Assembly: GCA_963695555.1 (NCBI GenBank)
Contig: CAVOGR010000002.1
Location: 1-64,000 of the forward strand
Reading direction: 5' to 3'
DNA from: an uncultured Gemmatimonadales bacterium
Lineage (GTDB): Bacteria > Gemmatimonadota > Gemmatimonadetes > Gemmatimonadales > GWC2-71-9
Length of the DNA: 64,000 bases
The notes beneath the pieces are model-generated. The model saw only the letters and a list, made by a program, of their open reading frames with translations. It did no database searches and had not been told where the DNA came from. The translations under genes were made by a program, and so were the position numbers. Positions 1-9,565 of the stretch are shown in pieces (position 1 is the first letter of the stretch; every line of letters begins with the position of its first letter).

Positions 1-461
1 TCCAGAGCGATGGCGTTGACGCCGTAGGGGTGATCGTAGATCACCGCGGTTGATTCGGTCACGACATCCACCCGCCAGATGAGGCCGCTGTACACGTCGC
101 CCACCAGCACGTGACCCCCGTCATGCTCGAGGAACACCCCATTCGCGCCGCCGGGGAAGTCGGGCGGGTTGTGGGTATAGCCGTTTTCGACGAACTGACC
201 GAACGGCCGGTGGGTGCCGTCGGCTTCGATCAGCCGGAGGCCGACCGCCTCGTCGGCCACGACCAGCCGCCCATCAGGCAGCGCCTTCCCGTCCTCCGCC
301 CGAAGCAGCGATCGATCCTGGGGCCAGTCGTGCGACGCGTCGTAGGCCCAGTGCGGGAAGCTCGGGCAGGCGGCCGAGGTGGAGGCTGTGTCTTCGGCGC
401 GCGGGGCGCAGGCGGCGAGGACGAGGAAGAGGATCGTGGCGGTGATTCTGGGGGAGATCAT
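1..461 (-). CDS. Lipoprotein, probable SMP-30/gluconolactonase-like beta-propeller (partial, runs off window start)
   Basis: Manual translation from ATG 461: MISPRITATILFLVLAAC (lipobox) ... RAEDGKALPDGRLVVAD ... GGANGVFLE ... YDHPYGVNAI; open to position 1. Confidence 0.65.
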   Translation of the reverse strand, partial: MISPRITATILFLVLAACAPRAEDTASTSAACPSFPHWAYDASHDWPQDRSLLRAEDGKALPDGRLVVADEAVGLRLIEADGTHRPFGQFVENGYTHNPPDFPGGANGVFLEHDGGHVLVGDVYSGLIWRVDVVTESTAVIYDHPYGVNAIAL

Positions 462-476
462 AGAAGAGGACTCCGA

Positions 477-2981
477 CTATTGGTTGTTGGCTGGTCGCAA
501 CTGAGCACCGACCGAGTCGGCTGCTTGGGATCGTCCTTGCCGGCGCAAGGACTCCGCGTAAGCCCCCAGAACCTCGGTCGTGAGTTCTACTTGCTCGGGA
601 AGTATCTGCAGGATCGCGAGCGACTGCCGGTACTTGGCGTCGGCATCGGCATACTTGCCTTGTTCGCGGTAGGTGTCGGCCAGATAGTATATCGTCGCCG
701 CCACTTCGTGCCGGTCAGGCTCCGGCCTGTTCATGAGGATGGACAGTTCGCGCTGGTACAGGGGCTCCGCCTTGGCATATTCGCCGAGCCGCCAGTACAC
801 GCTCGCCGCCATATGAGTGGCTGCCTCGACATTGGGATGGTCCGGTTCCAGGGTCGAGTCCCAAATGCCTAGCGCACGCGCGGCGAATGGCTCGGCCGCT
901 GCGTAGTCGCCCTGCTGGTAGTGGAGCTTGGCCAGATTGTAGTGACTCACTCCGAGGTCGGAGCTGGTGGACTCCAGAATCTCCTCCCGAATCGCCAGCG
1001 CGCGGCGCAGCCGCGGCTCCGCCTCGGCATAGTCACCCTGATCGAGATAGAGATCGCCCAGGTTACTGAGCGCAGTCGCCACGTCGTTGCTGTTCGGACC
1101 TACCTTCTTTTCCCAGATGGCCAACGCACGCTGGTAGAGCGTCTCGGCCTCCGCATACCTGCCGTGCTGCGAGAGGAACGCGCCGAAATTGTTGAGGCGG
1201 GTGGCGACGTCGGGATGACTCGGACCCAGTCGTCGCTCGCCGTTCTCGATCACCCGCCGGTAGGCCGTTTCCGCCTGGTCGTCCTTACCGAGGTCCTTGT
1301 AGATCACGGCCAGGTTGCTGAGCACCGTGGCCACCCTCGGGTGGTCCGGCCCCAGCTCCCGCTCCCGGATCGCGAGCGCACGCTCGAAGAAAGACTCGGC
1401 CTCGTCGTATTTCCCCAGTTGCCAGCTCAACGACGCAAGGTTGTTGAGGCTCTCGGAGACCTGAAGGTGGTCGGAGCCCAGTTCACGCTCGCGGATGACC
1501 AGGGCCTGGCGGTGAAGGGAATCCGCCTCGGGGTATTTGCCCTGGTTTCCATAGAGGGTGGCCAAGTCGCTCATGCTCTTGGCCACGTCGAGGTGATCGG
1601 GGCCGAACTCCGCCTGGCGGAGAGCCAGTGACTGTTGCAGCAGCTGGGCGCCTAGCTCGTACTGTCCCAGGCTCTCATACACGTTGCCGAGGCTGTTCAT
1701 GAGCCGGGCCTGGACCACCGGCTGCCCCTCGAACTCTGTGCGCACCCGCTCGGCGCCCCGGTCCAGGATCTCGCGGACGCTGATCTCCGCCCCTTCGGGC
1801 CCGTAAGGATCCGCACCTTCGAACAACCGTACCAAGAAGTCCGATACCTCGCTTGCCGCCTGGGCCTCGGCGACGGCGCGGCGCTCCGCGTTCCGGGCCC
1901 GGATCAATCCTCCCGTCGCCAGCACGGTACCCGCCACGAGTCCGATCGCGATCGCGGCGGCGGCTGTCACGCCGAGCCGGTGCCGCCGGGCAAACTTCCG
2001 AAGCCGGTACGACGCGCTGGGCGAGCCGGCCCAGATTGGCTCGCTGTTGAGATGACGCCGGATGTCGAGCGCCAATCCGTTCACGGTCTCGTAGCGCCGA
2101 GTGCGGTCCTTCTCCATGGCGCGCATGACGATCCAATCCAGGTCGCCCTTGAGCTGGGACCGGAGCGCACCCGGGTCGGTCTGCCGCAGCATGGCGATCC
2201 GCTCCCGGTCCATGCCCATGCTGACCAACCGGGCACTCGGCGTCACCGGATCGACTTCCCGGAGGGCCAAGGGCACCGCGTTTAGCGGCATCTCCGACGG
2301 GTCGAGCGGCAACTTCCCCACCAAGAGCTCGTACAGCATCACGCCGAGCGTGTAGATGTCCGATCGCGTGTCGACGTCCAAGCCCGACATCTCCGCCTGT
2401 TCCGGGCTCATGTAGGCCGGCGTCCCGATCACCTGCCCCTGCTCGGTATGGAGCGATTGCTCCGTCAGTCGATACCCGATCGCCTTGGCGATGCCGAAGT
2501 CGATCACCTTGGGCGCCGGGTGCCCGTTCACCGTCACCAGCACGTTGGAAGGCTTCAGGTCCCGGTGGATCACGCCCTTCTGGTGGGCATGTTGGATGGC
2601 TTCGCACAGCAAGATGAACAGCTCGAGTCGCTCGTCGGTCGGGAGTTTGTGCCGGTCACAGTACTCGGTTAACGGCAACCCGCGGACGTGCTCCATGACG
2701 AAATACGGCCGGCCACCACCGGTCGTGCCCGCATCGAGCACCTTGGCGATGCCCGGGTGATCCATCAGCGCCAGCGCCTGCCGTTCCGCGTCGAACCGGG
2801 CCAGGACCATCTTGCTGTCCATGCCCAGCTTGATCACCTTGACCGCCACCCGCCGCCTGACCGGCTCCACCTGCTCGGCCAGGTACACCTCGCCCATGCC
2901 CCCCGCGCCCAGCGGCTCGAGGATCTTGTAGGGCCCAATGTGTTGCGGCTCGGTTTCCGGATCAGGAGGCAATGTGGTCAC
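477..2981 (-). CDS. Ser/Thr protein kinase with C-terminal TPR repeats
   Basis: LGAGGMGEV, VAVK, HRDLKPSN, DFGIAK, GTPAYMSPE; TM segment; ~42-aa kinesin-light-chain-like TPRs (GPDHPRVATVLSNLA). Confidence 0.95.
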   Translation of the reverse strand: MTTLPPDPETEPQHIGPYKILEPLGAGGMGEVYLAEQVEPVRRRVAVKVIKLGMDSKMVLARFDAERQALALMDHPGIAKVLDAGTTGGGRPYFVMEHVRGLPLTEYCDRHKLPTDERLELFILLCEAIQHAHQKGVIHRDLKPSNVLVTVNGHPAPKVIDFGIAKAIGYRLTEQSLHTEQGQVIGTPAYMSPEQAEMSGLDVDTRSDIYTLGVMLYELLVGKLPLDPSEMPLNAVPLALREVDPVTPSARLVSMGMDRERIAMLRQTDPGALRSQLKGDLDWIVMRAMEKDRTRRYETVNGLALDIRRHLNSEPIWAGSPSASYRLRKFARRHRLGVTAAAAIAIGLVAGTVLATGGLIRARNAERRAVAEAQAASEVSDFLVRLFEGADPYGPEGAEISVREILDRGAERVRTEFEGQPVVQARLMNSLGNVYESLGQYELGAQLLQQSLALRQAEFGPDHLDVAKSMSDLATLYGNQGKYPEADSLHRQALVIRERELGSDHLQVSESLNNLASLSWQLGKYDEAESFFERALAIRERELGPDHPRVATVLSNLAVIYKDLGKDDQAETAYRRVIENGERRLGPSHPDVATRLNNFGAFLSQHGRYAEAETLYQRALAIWEKKVGPNSNDVATALSNLGDLYLDQGDYAEAEPRLRRALAIREEILESTSSDLGVSHYNLAKLHYQQGDYAAAEPFAARALGIWDSTLEPDHPNVEAATHMAASVYWRLGEYAKAEPLYQRELSILMNRPEPDRHEVAATIYYLADTYREQGKYADADAKYRQSLAILQILPEQVELTTEVLGAYAESLRRQGRSQAADSVGAQLRPANNQ

Positions 2982-3008
2982 CTTTCATACGCCCACATTA
3001 CCACAACT

Positions 3009-4253
3009 CTATCGGATGAACTCGGCAATGATCATGACGGTCCGGTTGCCGTAGAATCGGATTGCCTCTTCACGGTCGCGCCCAACAAGCGGCTGCTCGT
3101 CGCCGAGGCACGAGCTGTATCTGGTGGGAACGGAACGCAGGAGACTAACGAGATAATCACTCTTGACCGCAAAGTTGACATTCTGTGGGACATTCTGCGG
3201 GCTGGTCCCAGTCAGGGTCGCCACGACGATCCCAACCAGGTTTCCACTATCATCGAAGAGTGGACCACCGCTGTTACCAGGTTGGATGGGTGCGCTGATC
3301 TGAAGCAGGCGTGGATCGTCACCCATGCCGAACTTGCTGCTAACGACCCCATCGGTAATCCGCGCCTCGGTACCCAGCACGCTAACCAAAGGATGGCCAA
3401 TGGCGGTAATATGGATTCCCTGTCCGAAGTTTTCAGAAGTTCGGTAGGTGAGTGAAGACCGAACTAGGTTCCCAGCTTCCGGTGCCTGGAGAATCGCCAA
3501 ATCGTTGGAACGATCGAGCCGCAGGACACTGGCTGAAACCTCCCCCCGAGCATCAGGCAGGCGGATCGTGAGCCTGCTTGCCAATTGCTCCCCGCCATCG
3601 GGCAACGACTGAGTAATCACGTGGTAATTGGTTGATATGAGACCGGCAGGACATAGAATCACCCCAGTGCCGGAAGTAACCACGTTCTTAGCCACCGCCT
3701 TTGGCTGACGTTCCACGGCCATCCTTGGTTGGTCCGCGCCCCGCCCAACCCTGAATCCTTCGATAGCGAGGCGGGCTGCCTCACGGGTGTTATTACCTAT
3801 GCTTCCTTCTGTTCCAGTGGATCCTTCTGCGCTGTAAACGATTTCACCGGTCGACGAGTCAATAAGCCTGACCTCAACCACGGACTTCATTGCCGAGGTG
3901 GATGGAACGGCCCACTCACAAATCAGATAGCCTGATCCGGTGGGTACCCGGAGTATCTGATACCCCATGGCAATGAAGACTTGCACCAATTCGTCGTACA
4001 CGTGATGCTCGTCCTTGTCTTTGCCCTGAGGCACCAATTCGAGAAAAACCGCACGGTGACTGGCAGGATCCGTTCTCAGCGGGACGTGAGTCTTCGTCGC
4101 TGGTGCGCAGGCCAGAAAGAGCAGCGTGCACAACATCAATGCCGCGGTGCACTTTGCTGGGAATGCGAAACATTTGTCACGGTGCTTTCGGAGCATGGAT
4201 TGGTACCTCTGCGCGGGGATCATTTCCCCTCCGGGATCGAGAGGTGAAGTCAC
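3009..4253 (-). CDS. Trypsin-like (S1C/HtrA-type) serine protease, probable lipoprotein
   Basis: TNYHV, NDLAIL, QPGNSGGPL catalytic motifs; LFLAC lipobox; visibly more AT-rich than its neighbours; start uncertain. Confidence 0.85.
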   Translation of the reverse strand: MTSPLDPGGEMIPAQRYQSMLRKHRDKCFAFPAKCTAALMLCTLLFLACAPATKTHVPLRTDPASHRAVFLELVPQGKDKDEHHVYDELVQVFIAMGYQILRVPTGSGYLICEWAVPSTSAMKSVVEVRLIDSSTGEIVYSAEGSTGTEGSIGNNTREAARLAIEGFRVGRGADQPRMAVERQPKAVAKNVVTSGTGVILCPAGLISTNYHVITQSLPDGGEQLASRLTIRLPDARGEVSASVLRLDRSNDLAILQAPEAGNLVRSSLTYRTSENFGQGIHITAIGHPLVSVLGTEARITDGVVSSKFGMGDDPRLLQISAPIQPGNSGGPLFDDSGNLVGIVVATLTGTSPQNVPQNVNFAVKSDYLVSLLRSVPTRYSSCLGDEQPLVGRDREEAIRFYGNRTVMIIAEFIR

Positions 4254-4273
4254 ATCACCAATTTGCGAACTTC

Positions 4274-4400
4274 TCAGGAAGGCGGCGTCAGATCAGCGGT
4301 GAGCCGGCCCGAAGAAACGGGGAGCGAAGGGATCCTCTTTGAAGCCGTTTTACCACCGGAAAGAGGAAAAGATCATGAAGATTGTGCGAAGGAATCTTCA
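4274..4400 (-). promoter_or_regulatory. Conserved upstream element, copy 1 (diverged)
   Basis: Shares TCAGGAAGGCGGCGTCAGA.CAGCGG and TGAA-N17-TTCA with 7114-7309 and 25282-25481. Confidence 0.6.
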
Positions 4401-4757
4401 GGAATACTTGGGTGCAGGGACGGACCCGTCCACGGGTGAGTGCTGTCAGCTATCGGCTAACGGCTATATAGAGGGAGTACGGAGTGGGGAGTCGGGAGTC
4501 GGAATTGGCATTTGTTGTCATCCCAAGTGCCATGGCCCTCCTTACTGCTCACTGGGCGCTATAGGCTACTCGAGAAGATACGGCTGGACGTGGGAGTCGG
4601 AAGTAGGGAATCGGGAGTAGGGCGGTTCGGCGCTCTTGGCACCTTGGCATCGCGCGGCTGAAGCCGCTGACTTTAGTCACGTGCAGAACCGGGATCGACA
4701 GAGCGGCTCGGAGCCACCCAGCCGCCCAACCGCCGTCAGTCCTTCCCGTCTTCCGCC

Positions 4758-5277
4758 TCAGAACCTCAAGGAAACGCCAAGCCCGACCCCATCCCGCCCG
4801 GCGATGAGCCGCGGCCGGCCCTGACCAAGTGGGACTTCCGTCCATTGGTCGCTCTTGATGAGCGACCCGATGCCTATACCCAGGAGGGCCCCGGTGACCA
4901 GCGCCCACACCGATTTCCAAGGGGTCGTCGTCTGGGTTGCCATCGGATCTGGCCACCGACACTCCACGGATCAGGCCAACCAAGGCGCCAATCCCAGCGC
5001 CTTTCACCCAATGGCTTCGGCGACCCGTTCTGACATCGAGTTTCGCGATGGCCGACATCGGAATGCGGTGAACCTGAAGCGGTCCATTCGTCTCCGTTGC
5101 CAGGAACAGGCTATCGCCCGTGAGCTCCTGGATCACTCCAGTGTGTCCATCGAGCCCAAGCGTGGGGGCGGTAACCCGGACCTTGGCGCCGGGCTCGAAC
5201 CAGAGCACGTCCTGCGCGACGGCGCGCGCGGGGCCCATGAACGCGAAGACGGTAACTGCAAGGATGACGTGACGCAT
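4758..5277 (-). CDS. Secreted glycine-zipper protein, paralogue 1 (frameshift near 4900)
   Basis: N-terminal ORF (MRHVILAVT...) plus C-terminal ORF (...IKSDQWTEVPL...GVSLRF) together align with 5399-5938. Confidence 0.75.
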
Positions 5278-5398
5278 GATGAGCCTCCTGGAGGGACAAG
5301 GAGGGATCGATGAAGATGCTAACAGCTATCGGCTATCGGCCGAACACTCCTCACTCCTTACTCCTCACACCTTACTCCTCACTCCTCACTTCCCGCCT

Positions 5399-5938
5399 TC
5401 AGAACCTCAAAACAACACCAACTCCAACCCCATCCTTCTGCGCAACGAGCCGTGGCCGGATCTGATCGAGCGGCACCTCCGACCACCGGTCGCTCTTGAT
5501 GAGCGCGCCGACGCCCGCGCCGATGAGGCCGAAGCCCAGCCCGCCCATCATGGCCTTCTCTCCGGCGCTATAGGCGAACCATTGATCCGACGGGTCGTCG
5601 CCCGACGCTGCTCCGGTTACGACGCCGAACAAGAACCCAATGCCGGCTCCCGCGAGCCAGTGGCCTTTACGACCCGTGACAACATCGAGCTTGGTGATCG
5701 ACGACATGGGCACGTGGAGCATTTCGAGCCGGAGCCGCCCCTGCTGCATGACGTCCACGTGCGCCACCAGGGTATCGCCGGTCAGTTCCTGGACCCAACC
5801 GCCCCGCTCGTTCAAGCCGAGCGTGGGCACGGTCAGTCGGACCTTGGCGCCGGGCTTGAGCCAGAGCACGTCTTGCGCGGCTGCTCGAGCTGGTATGATC
5901 AACGTGAAGGCTGTAACCGCGAGTATGATGTTGCGCAT
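5399..5938 (-). CDS. Secreted glycine-zipper protein, paralogue 2
   Basis: Signal peptide, GAGIG..GLIGAGVGA glycine zipper, C-terminal GVGVGVVLRF; AGGAGG RBS. Confidence 0.8.
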   Translation of the reverse strand: MRNIILAVTAFTLIIPARAAAQDVLWLKPGAKVRLTVPTLGLNERGGWVQELTGDTLVAHVDVMQQGRLRLEMLHVPMSSITKLDVVTGRKGHWLAGAGIGFLFGVVTGAASGDDPSDQWFAYSAGEKAMMGGLGFGLIGAGVGALIKSDRWSEVPLDQIRPRLVAQKDGVGVGVVLRF

Positions 5939-6029
5939 GATGTGCCTCCTGGTGGTGCAAGGAGGGATCGAGTTAGTGCTACTAGCTATCGGCTATCAGC
6001 TACGGTCAACCATTCCTCACTCCTTTCGA

Positions 6030-6061
6030 ACGGTAGGAGTCCAGGGTCAAGTGGAAGTCAA
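6030..6061 (-). promoter_or_regulatory. SARP-type promoter box
   Basis: - strand: TTGACTT-ccac-TTGACCC-N8-TACCGT. Confidence 0.7.
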
Positions 6062-6198
6062 GGCGCTTGCAGGAAGAGATCGCTGAGGGGTAGGAGCCAT
6101 AAGCTATTGGTTTCTTGGCTGCTCGAGAGATTCCGACCGACTTAAGTAGGACTGTCCTCCTGACAGGGGTGACTCTCTCTGGCTTCAACCGGTGCTCC

Positions 6199-6684
6199 TC
6201 AACATAGATAACCATCTTGACTAAAACAGGCGACTGCAGCGCCAACAACAAGGGCGAGTAAGATGCCGACCTCCGCGCCGCCGGACATCCCTTCCTGGCG
6301 GACGAACACACGATGAACGTTTTCGAGGGGGAACGTGTAAGTCGTATCCGAAACGCCGCTCTGATCCTGTACCTTCACCGGGCCAAAGACCGTGTCCCTG
6401 ACGATCCAGCCCGGTGGGTCAAACATATATCTGCCGCCCTTTTCAGTGACGACTCCGAGGATGGGGACCGGGCGGCGTATCACGTCAGCAGGTTTGGCCT
6501 GCCCGATGTGGGAGCACCCGGTGGTCTGCACGAGGAACAGACACATGACTACTGCTGCCAAAACTCGCCTCGCGAGGTTAGGCACTAACGGTTCTGGGCG
6601 GTTCGGGAACATGCCGCATCTCCCTTGAGAAGAAATCGCGATGTTACCGCTGGTGGGGATGCCAACAACGGCCATTGCCTTCAT
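6199..6684 (-). CDS. Hypothetical lipoprotein/membrane protein
   Basis: ORF with QTTGC lipobox-like segment and C-terminal TM; ATGA overlap with upstream gene (alternative start 6612). Confidence 0.5.
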   Translation of the reverse strand: MKAMAVVGIPTSGNIAISSQGRCGMFPNRPEPLVPNLARRVLAAVVMCLFLVQTTGCSHIGQAKPADVIRRPVPILGVVTEKGGRYMFDPPGWIVRDTVFGPVKVQDQSGVSDTTYTFPLENVHRVFVRQEGMSGGAEVGILLALVVGAAVACFSQDGYLC

Positions 6685-7088
6685 GTCGGCTCTTCTTGCG
6701 CTCTACAATCGAGCCTTCCGATCGGGGACTTGTCAGTGAACTCGCGTTCTTCCAGACCGACAGGAGCGCTGAGGATACTCACGAGTTCCCAGCCACCTCC
6801 GACGTGTGTGGCCAGGATGACAACGAGGTCCTTGCATCCCTCTTTCCGATAGGTCACCGCATGTTCCCGGTCGGGAGAAAGAGCCAGTTTCAACGGGGTT
6901 CTCCCCATCAACTCACCGTTCACCAAGACCTCGGCGCTGTCCGGGATCGACTCGAACAGCAGCTCGGCTTGCTCGGCGACCGATACGACGGGTCCCAGAG
7001 TCATGGGTCCCATACCTATACATGCAGAGATGGCCAGACCCACACCTAGGACAGCAGTGGTCGAGGCCAGTGAAATGACCTGTCTCAT
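6681..7088 (-). CDS. PEGA-domain lipoprotein
   Basis: AISAC lipobox; ESIPDSAEVLVNGELMGRTP PEGA signature; GAGG RBS. Confidence 0.75.
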   Translation of the reverse strand: MRQVISLASTTAVLGVGLAISACIGMGPMTLGPVVSVAEQAELLFESIPDSAEVLVNGELMGRTPLKLALSPDREHAVTYRKEGCKDLVVILATHVGGGWELVSILSAPVGLEEREFTDKSPIGRLDCRAQEEPT

Positions 7089-7113
7089 GTTGCTTCCTCA
7101 CTTAAGTTTTCAA

Positions 7114-7309
7114 CTCAGGCGGGTTCGCAGGAGGAGCGGCGTCAGGAAGGCGTCAGACCAGCGGCGGGCTCGCCCGAGGCAGGGCGAAGAGGTCCTATTT
7201 GGCTCCTCATAACACCGGGATGGGCAAGCCATCGTGAAGTGCGGGGGAAAACTTCTTCACGATGAAACGAGCTAGGGTTCTCCCTAATTCCGACATAGCA
7301 ATTCAGGTT
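7114..7309 (-). promoter_or_regulatory. Conserved upstream element, copy 2
   Basis: Colinear with 25282-25481 over ~195 bp. Confidence 0.7.
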
Positions 7310-7378
7310 AGTGGGTACTGGTGTTATGGCGGCTGTTTCACTCCTCACTCCTCACTCCTTACTCCTCACTTCCCGCCT

Positions 7379-7924
7379 TCAGAACCTCAAAACAACGCCA
7401 ACTCCGACCCCATTCTGCTGCGCAACGAGCCGCGGCCGCACTCGATCGAGCGGCACCTCCGACCACTTGTCGCTCTTGATGAACGCGCCCACACCAGCGC
7501 CGATGAGGCCAAGGCCGATTCCGCCCAGCATCGCCTTCCCGCCGGCGTCAATCCTAGTCTCCATGAAGCCTCCTGGCGGATCGTCGCCGGACGCCACCCC
7601 GATGACGAAGCCGAGCAAGAATCCGAGTCCTGCGCCCTGGATTGCGTGACCGCGACCGCCCGTCCTGACGTCCAGTTTGGTGACCATCGGCATCGCCACG
7701 TGCACCGTGTCGGCCCGCAGGTGCCCGCCCCGCATCACGTCCGTCTCCAGCACCAGGGTGTCACCCCTCGTCTCCCGTACTCGGCCTACTTGCGCGTCCA
7801 AGCCGAGCGTGGGAGCGGTGACCCTGATCTTGGCGCCGGGTGTTACCCACTGCGCGCCTTGTGCGACGGCTCGAGCGGGGCCGATTAATGTGAACGCTGT
7901 AACTGCGAGTATGATGTTGCGCAT
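7379..7924 (-). CDS. Secreted glycine-zipper protein, paralogue 3
   Basis: MRNIILAVTAFTLI... GVGVGVVLRF; very similar to 5399-5938. Confidence 0.8.
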   Translation of the reverse strand: MRNIILAVTAFTLIGPARAVAQGAQWVTPGAKIRVTAPTLGLDAQVGRVRETRGDTLVLETDVMRGGHLRADTVHVAMPMVTKLDVRTGGRGHAIQGAGLGFLLGFVIGVASGDDPPGGFMETRIDAGGKAMLGGIGLGLIGAGVGAFIKSDKWSEVPLDRVRPRLVAQQNGVGVGVVLRF

Positions 7925-8025
7925 GACGCGCCTCCTGGTGGTGGAAGGGAGAGATCGGTGGAGGCTGTCAGCTATTGGCTAATGCAACGAGCCACCTTCC
8001 CCACCGAATCCTTTGCTCCACCTCA

Positions 8026-8069
8026 ACGGTAGGAGCCCCGCGTCAAGCGAGGGTCAAGTGGGGAGTCAC
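8026..8069 (-). promoter_or_regulatory. SARP-type promoter box
   Basis: - strand: (GTGACTC)-TTGACCC-tcgc-TTGACGC-N8-TACCGT. Confidence 0.7.
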
Positions 8070-8222
8070 GGGTCGGGAAGGCGGTAGGTCGGCGGTTCGA
8101 CGTCCCCCCTTACTCCTTACTCCTTACTCCTCACTCCTCACTCCTCATTCCCCGTCTTTCCGACTTTTCAACTTCCCGTTCCCCGTCTGGCCACCCACGC
8201 CCCCGCGTCCTATCTTCGCCAC

Positions 8223-8879
8223 ATGCTGGTCGGCCACTACGGCATCGGGTTCGCCGCCGCGGGCGTCGACCGTCGGATCGCGCTCTGGGCGGCCCTGTTG
8301 GCGGCACAGCTCCCGGATATTCTGTTCGGATGCTTCGTGCTCCTGGGCATCGAGCACCTGACAATCGTTCCCGGCATCACGGCGTCCAATCCACTCGACC
8401 CGACCCACTTTCCCTATACCCACAGCCTCGTGGCAGGCTTGGTCCTGGGCGGCCTGACCTGGGTCGCATGCCTGGGCCTCGGTGCCCGCCGCCAGAGCGC
8501 GACCATCCTCGCCGCGGTCGTCGTCACGCACTGGCTGCTCGACCTCCCGATGCATCGCGCCATCCTGCCGGTGTACGACGACACCTGGAAGGTGGGGCTC
8601 GGTCTCTGGAACACACCACTCGCCGCCTTCGCGCTCGAGGCCGCGGTCCTCGTCGCCGGACTCGGACTGTATCTCAGCTCCACAGCCACGAGACCGGCCC
8701 GGCGACAGGCGCTCCTGATCGGAGCCGCGATGGTGATCGTACACCTGGCGATCTATCTCGCGCCGCGGCTCTTCTTCTCCACTTCACGACGCACCGTGTT
8801 GCTGGGACTCGGGCTCTGGCTCGCGTTCCCCGCGGCGGCAGCGCTGCTGGGTCGGCGTTCGCTCCGGGCCCAGAGCTAG
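8223..8879 (+). CDS. Membrane-bound metal-dependent hydrolase (YdjM-like)
   Basis: GH, LPD, YTHSL, HWLLDLPMH motifs; multiple TM segments. Confidence 0.75.
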   Translation: MLVGHYGIGFAAAGVDRRIALWAALLAAQLPDILFGCFVLLGIEHLTIVPGITASNPLDPTHFPYTHSLVAGLVLGGLTWVACLGLGARRQSATILAAVVVTHWLLDLPMHRAILPVYDDTWKVGLGLWNTPLAAFALEAAVLVAGLGLYLSSTATRPARRQALLIGAAMVIVHLAIYLAPRLFFSTSRRTVLLGLGLWLAFPAAAALLGRRSLRAQS

Positions 8880-8940
8880 CAGTCACACGACGGCGCGCGC
8901 CCTTCAACAGCGACATGACGACAAACGAAGGAGCTAGGGT

Positions 8941-9558
8941 GTGATGACCAACTCTAAGCTTGCACTAGGCACGCTGGTCCGTACCGGCCGGCCCGAGCCG
9001 CCCCTGACCGTCGCCAACCTGGTCACCTGGGTGCGGATCGCCGGGAGCATCTTCTGCTTTGCGATGGCCGCCGTCCACGCCGACCCTGCGTGGAACCTGG
9101 CGGGTCTCGTAGTGTATTGGGCGCTGGACCTGGTCGATGGCTTCCTGGCGCGGGCGCTCCGGCAGGAAACCCGAATGGGCGCGCAAATGGACATCATCGC
9201 CGACCGGCTGTTGATCACCTTCTTCTACTTCAACCATCTGGCCAGTCATCCCCAGTTGCTGCTGCCGATCGGGCTGTTTTTGATCGAGTTCGTGGGCCTC
9301 GACTTGTACCTGTCGATCCAGTTCCTCCGCTGGCCGATCGTGTCGCCCAATTACTTCTTCCGCATCGACCGACGCGTCTGGATGCTCAACTGGTCGTCCG
9401 TGGCCAAGATGAGCAACACCGGGCTGGTGACCGTGCTCAACCTACTGCCTGGCACGGCGTCGGTGACCGTGGCGGTGTGTCTCGGCTTGATCGGAGTGAA
9501 GCTGTATTCCTGGGTTCGCGTGCACGGGTTGCCAGGGCCGGAACAGCAGTGGATCTGA
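8941..9558 (+). CDS. CDP-alcohol phosphatidyltransferase family protein
   Basis: ANLVTWVR; DLVDGFLAR...GAQMDIIADR signature. Confidence 0.85.
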   Translation: MMTNSKLALGTLVRTGRPEPPLTVANLVTWVRIAGSIFCFAMAAVHADPAWNLAGLVVYWALDLVDGFLARALRQETRMGAQMDIIADRLLITFFYFNHLASHPQLLLPIGLFLIEFVGLDLYLSIQFLRWPIVSPNYFFRIDRRVWMLNWSSVAKMSNTGLVTVLNLLPGTASVTVAVCLGLIGVKLYSWVRVHGLPGPEQQWI

Positions 9559-9565
9559 TCGCAGC

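Noticed and set aside
3009..7309. Integron cassette array
   Set aside because: No integrase and no recognisable attC (RYYYAAC...GTTRRRY) structure at gene ends
7142..7348. Leader peptide (...SGEPAAGLTPS) in the 200-bp element
   Set aside because: Start codon and N-terminal frame are not conserved between copies; conservation is better explained at nucleotide level
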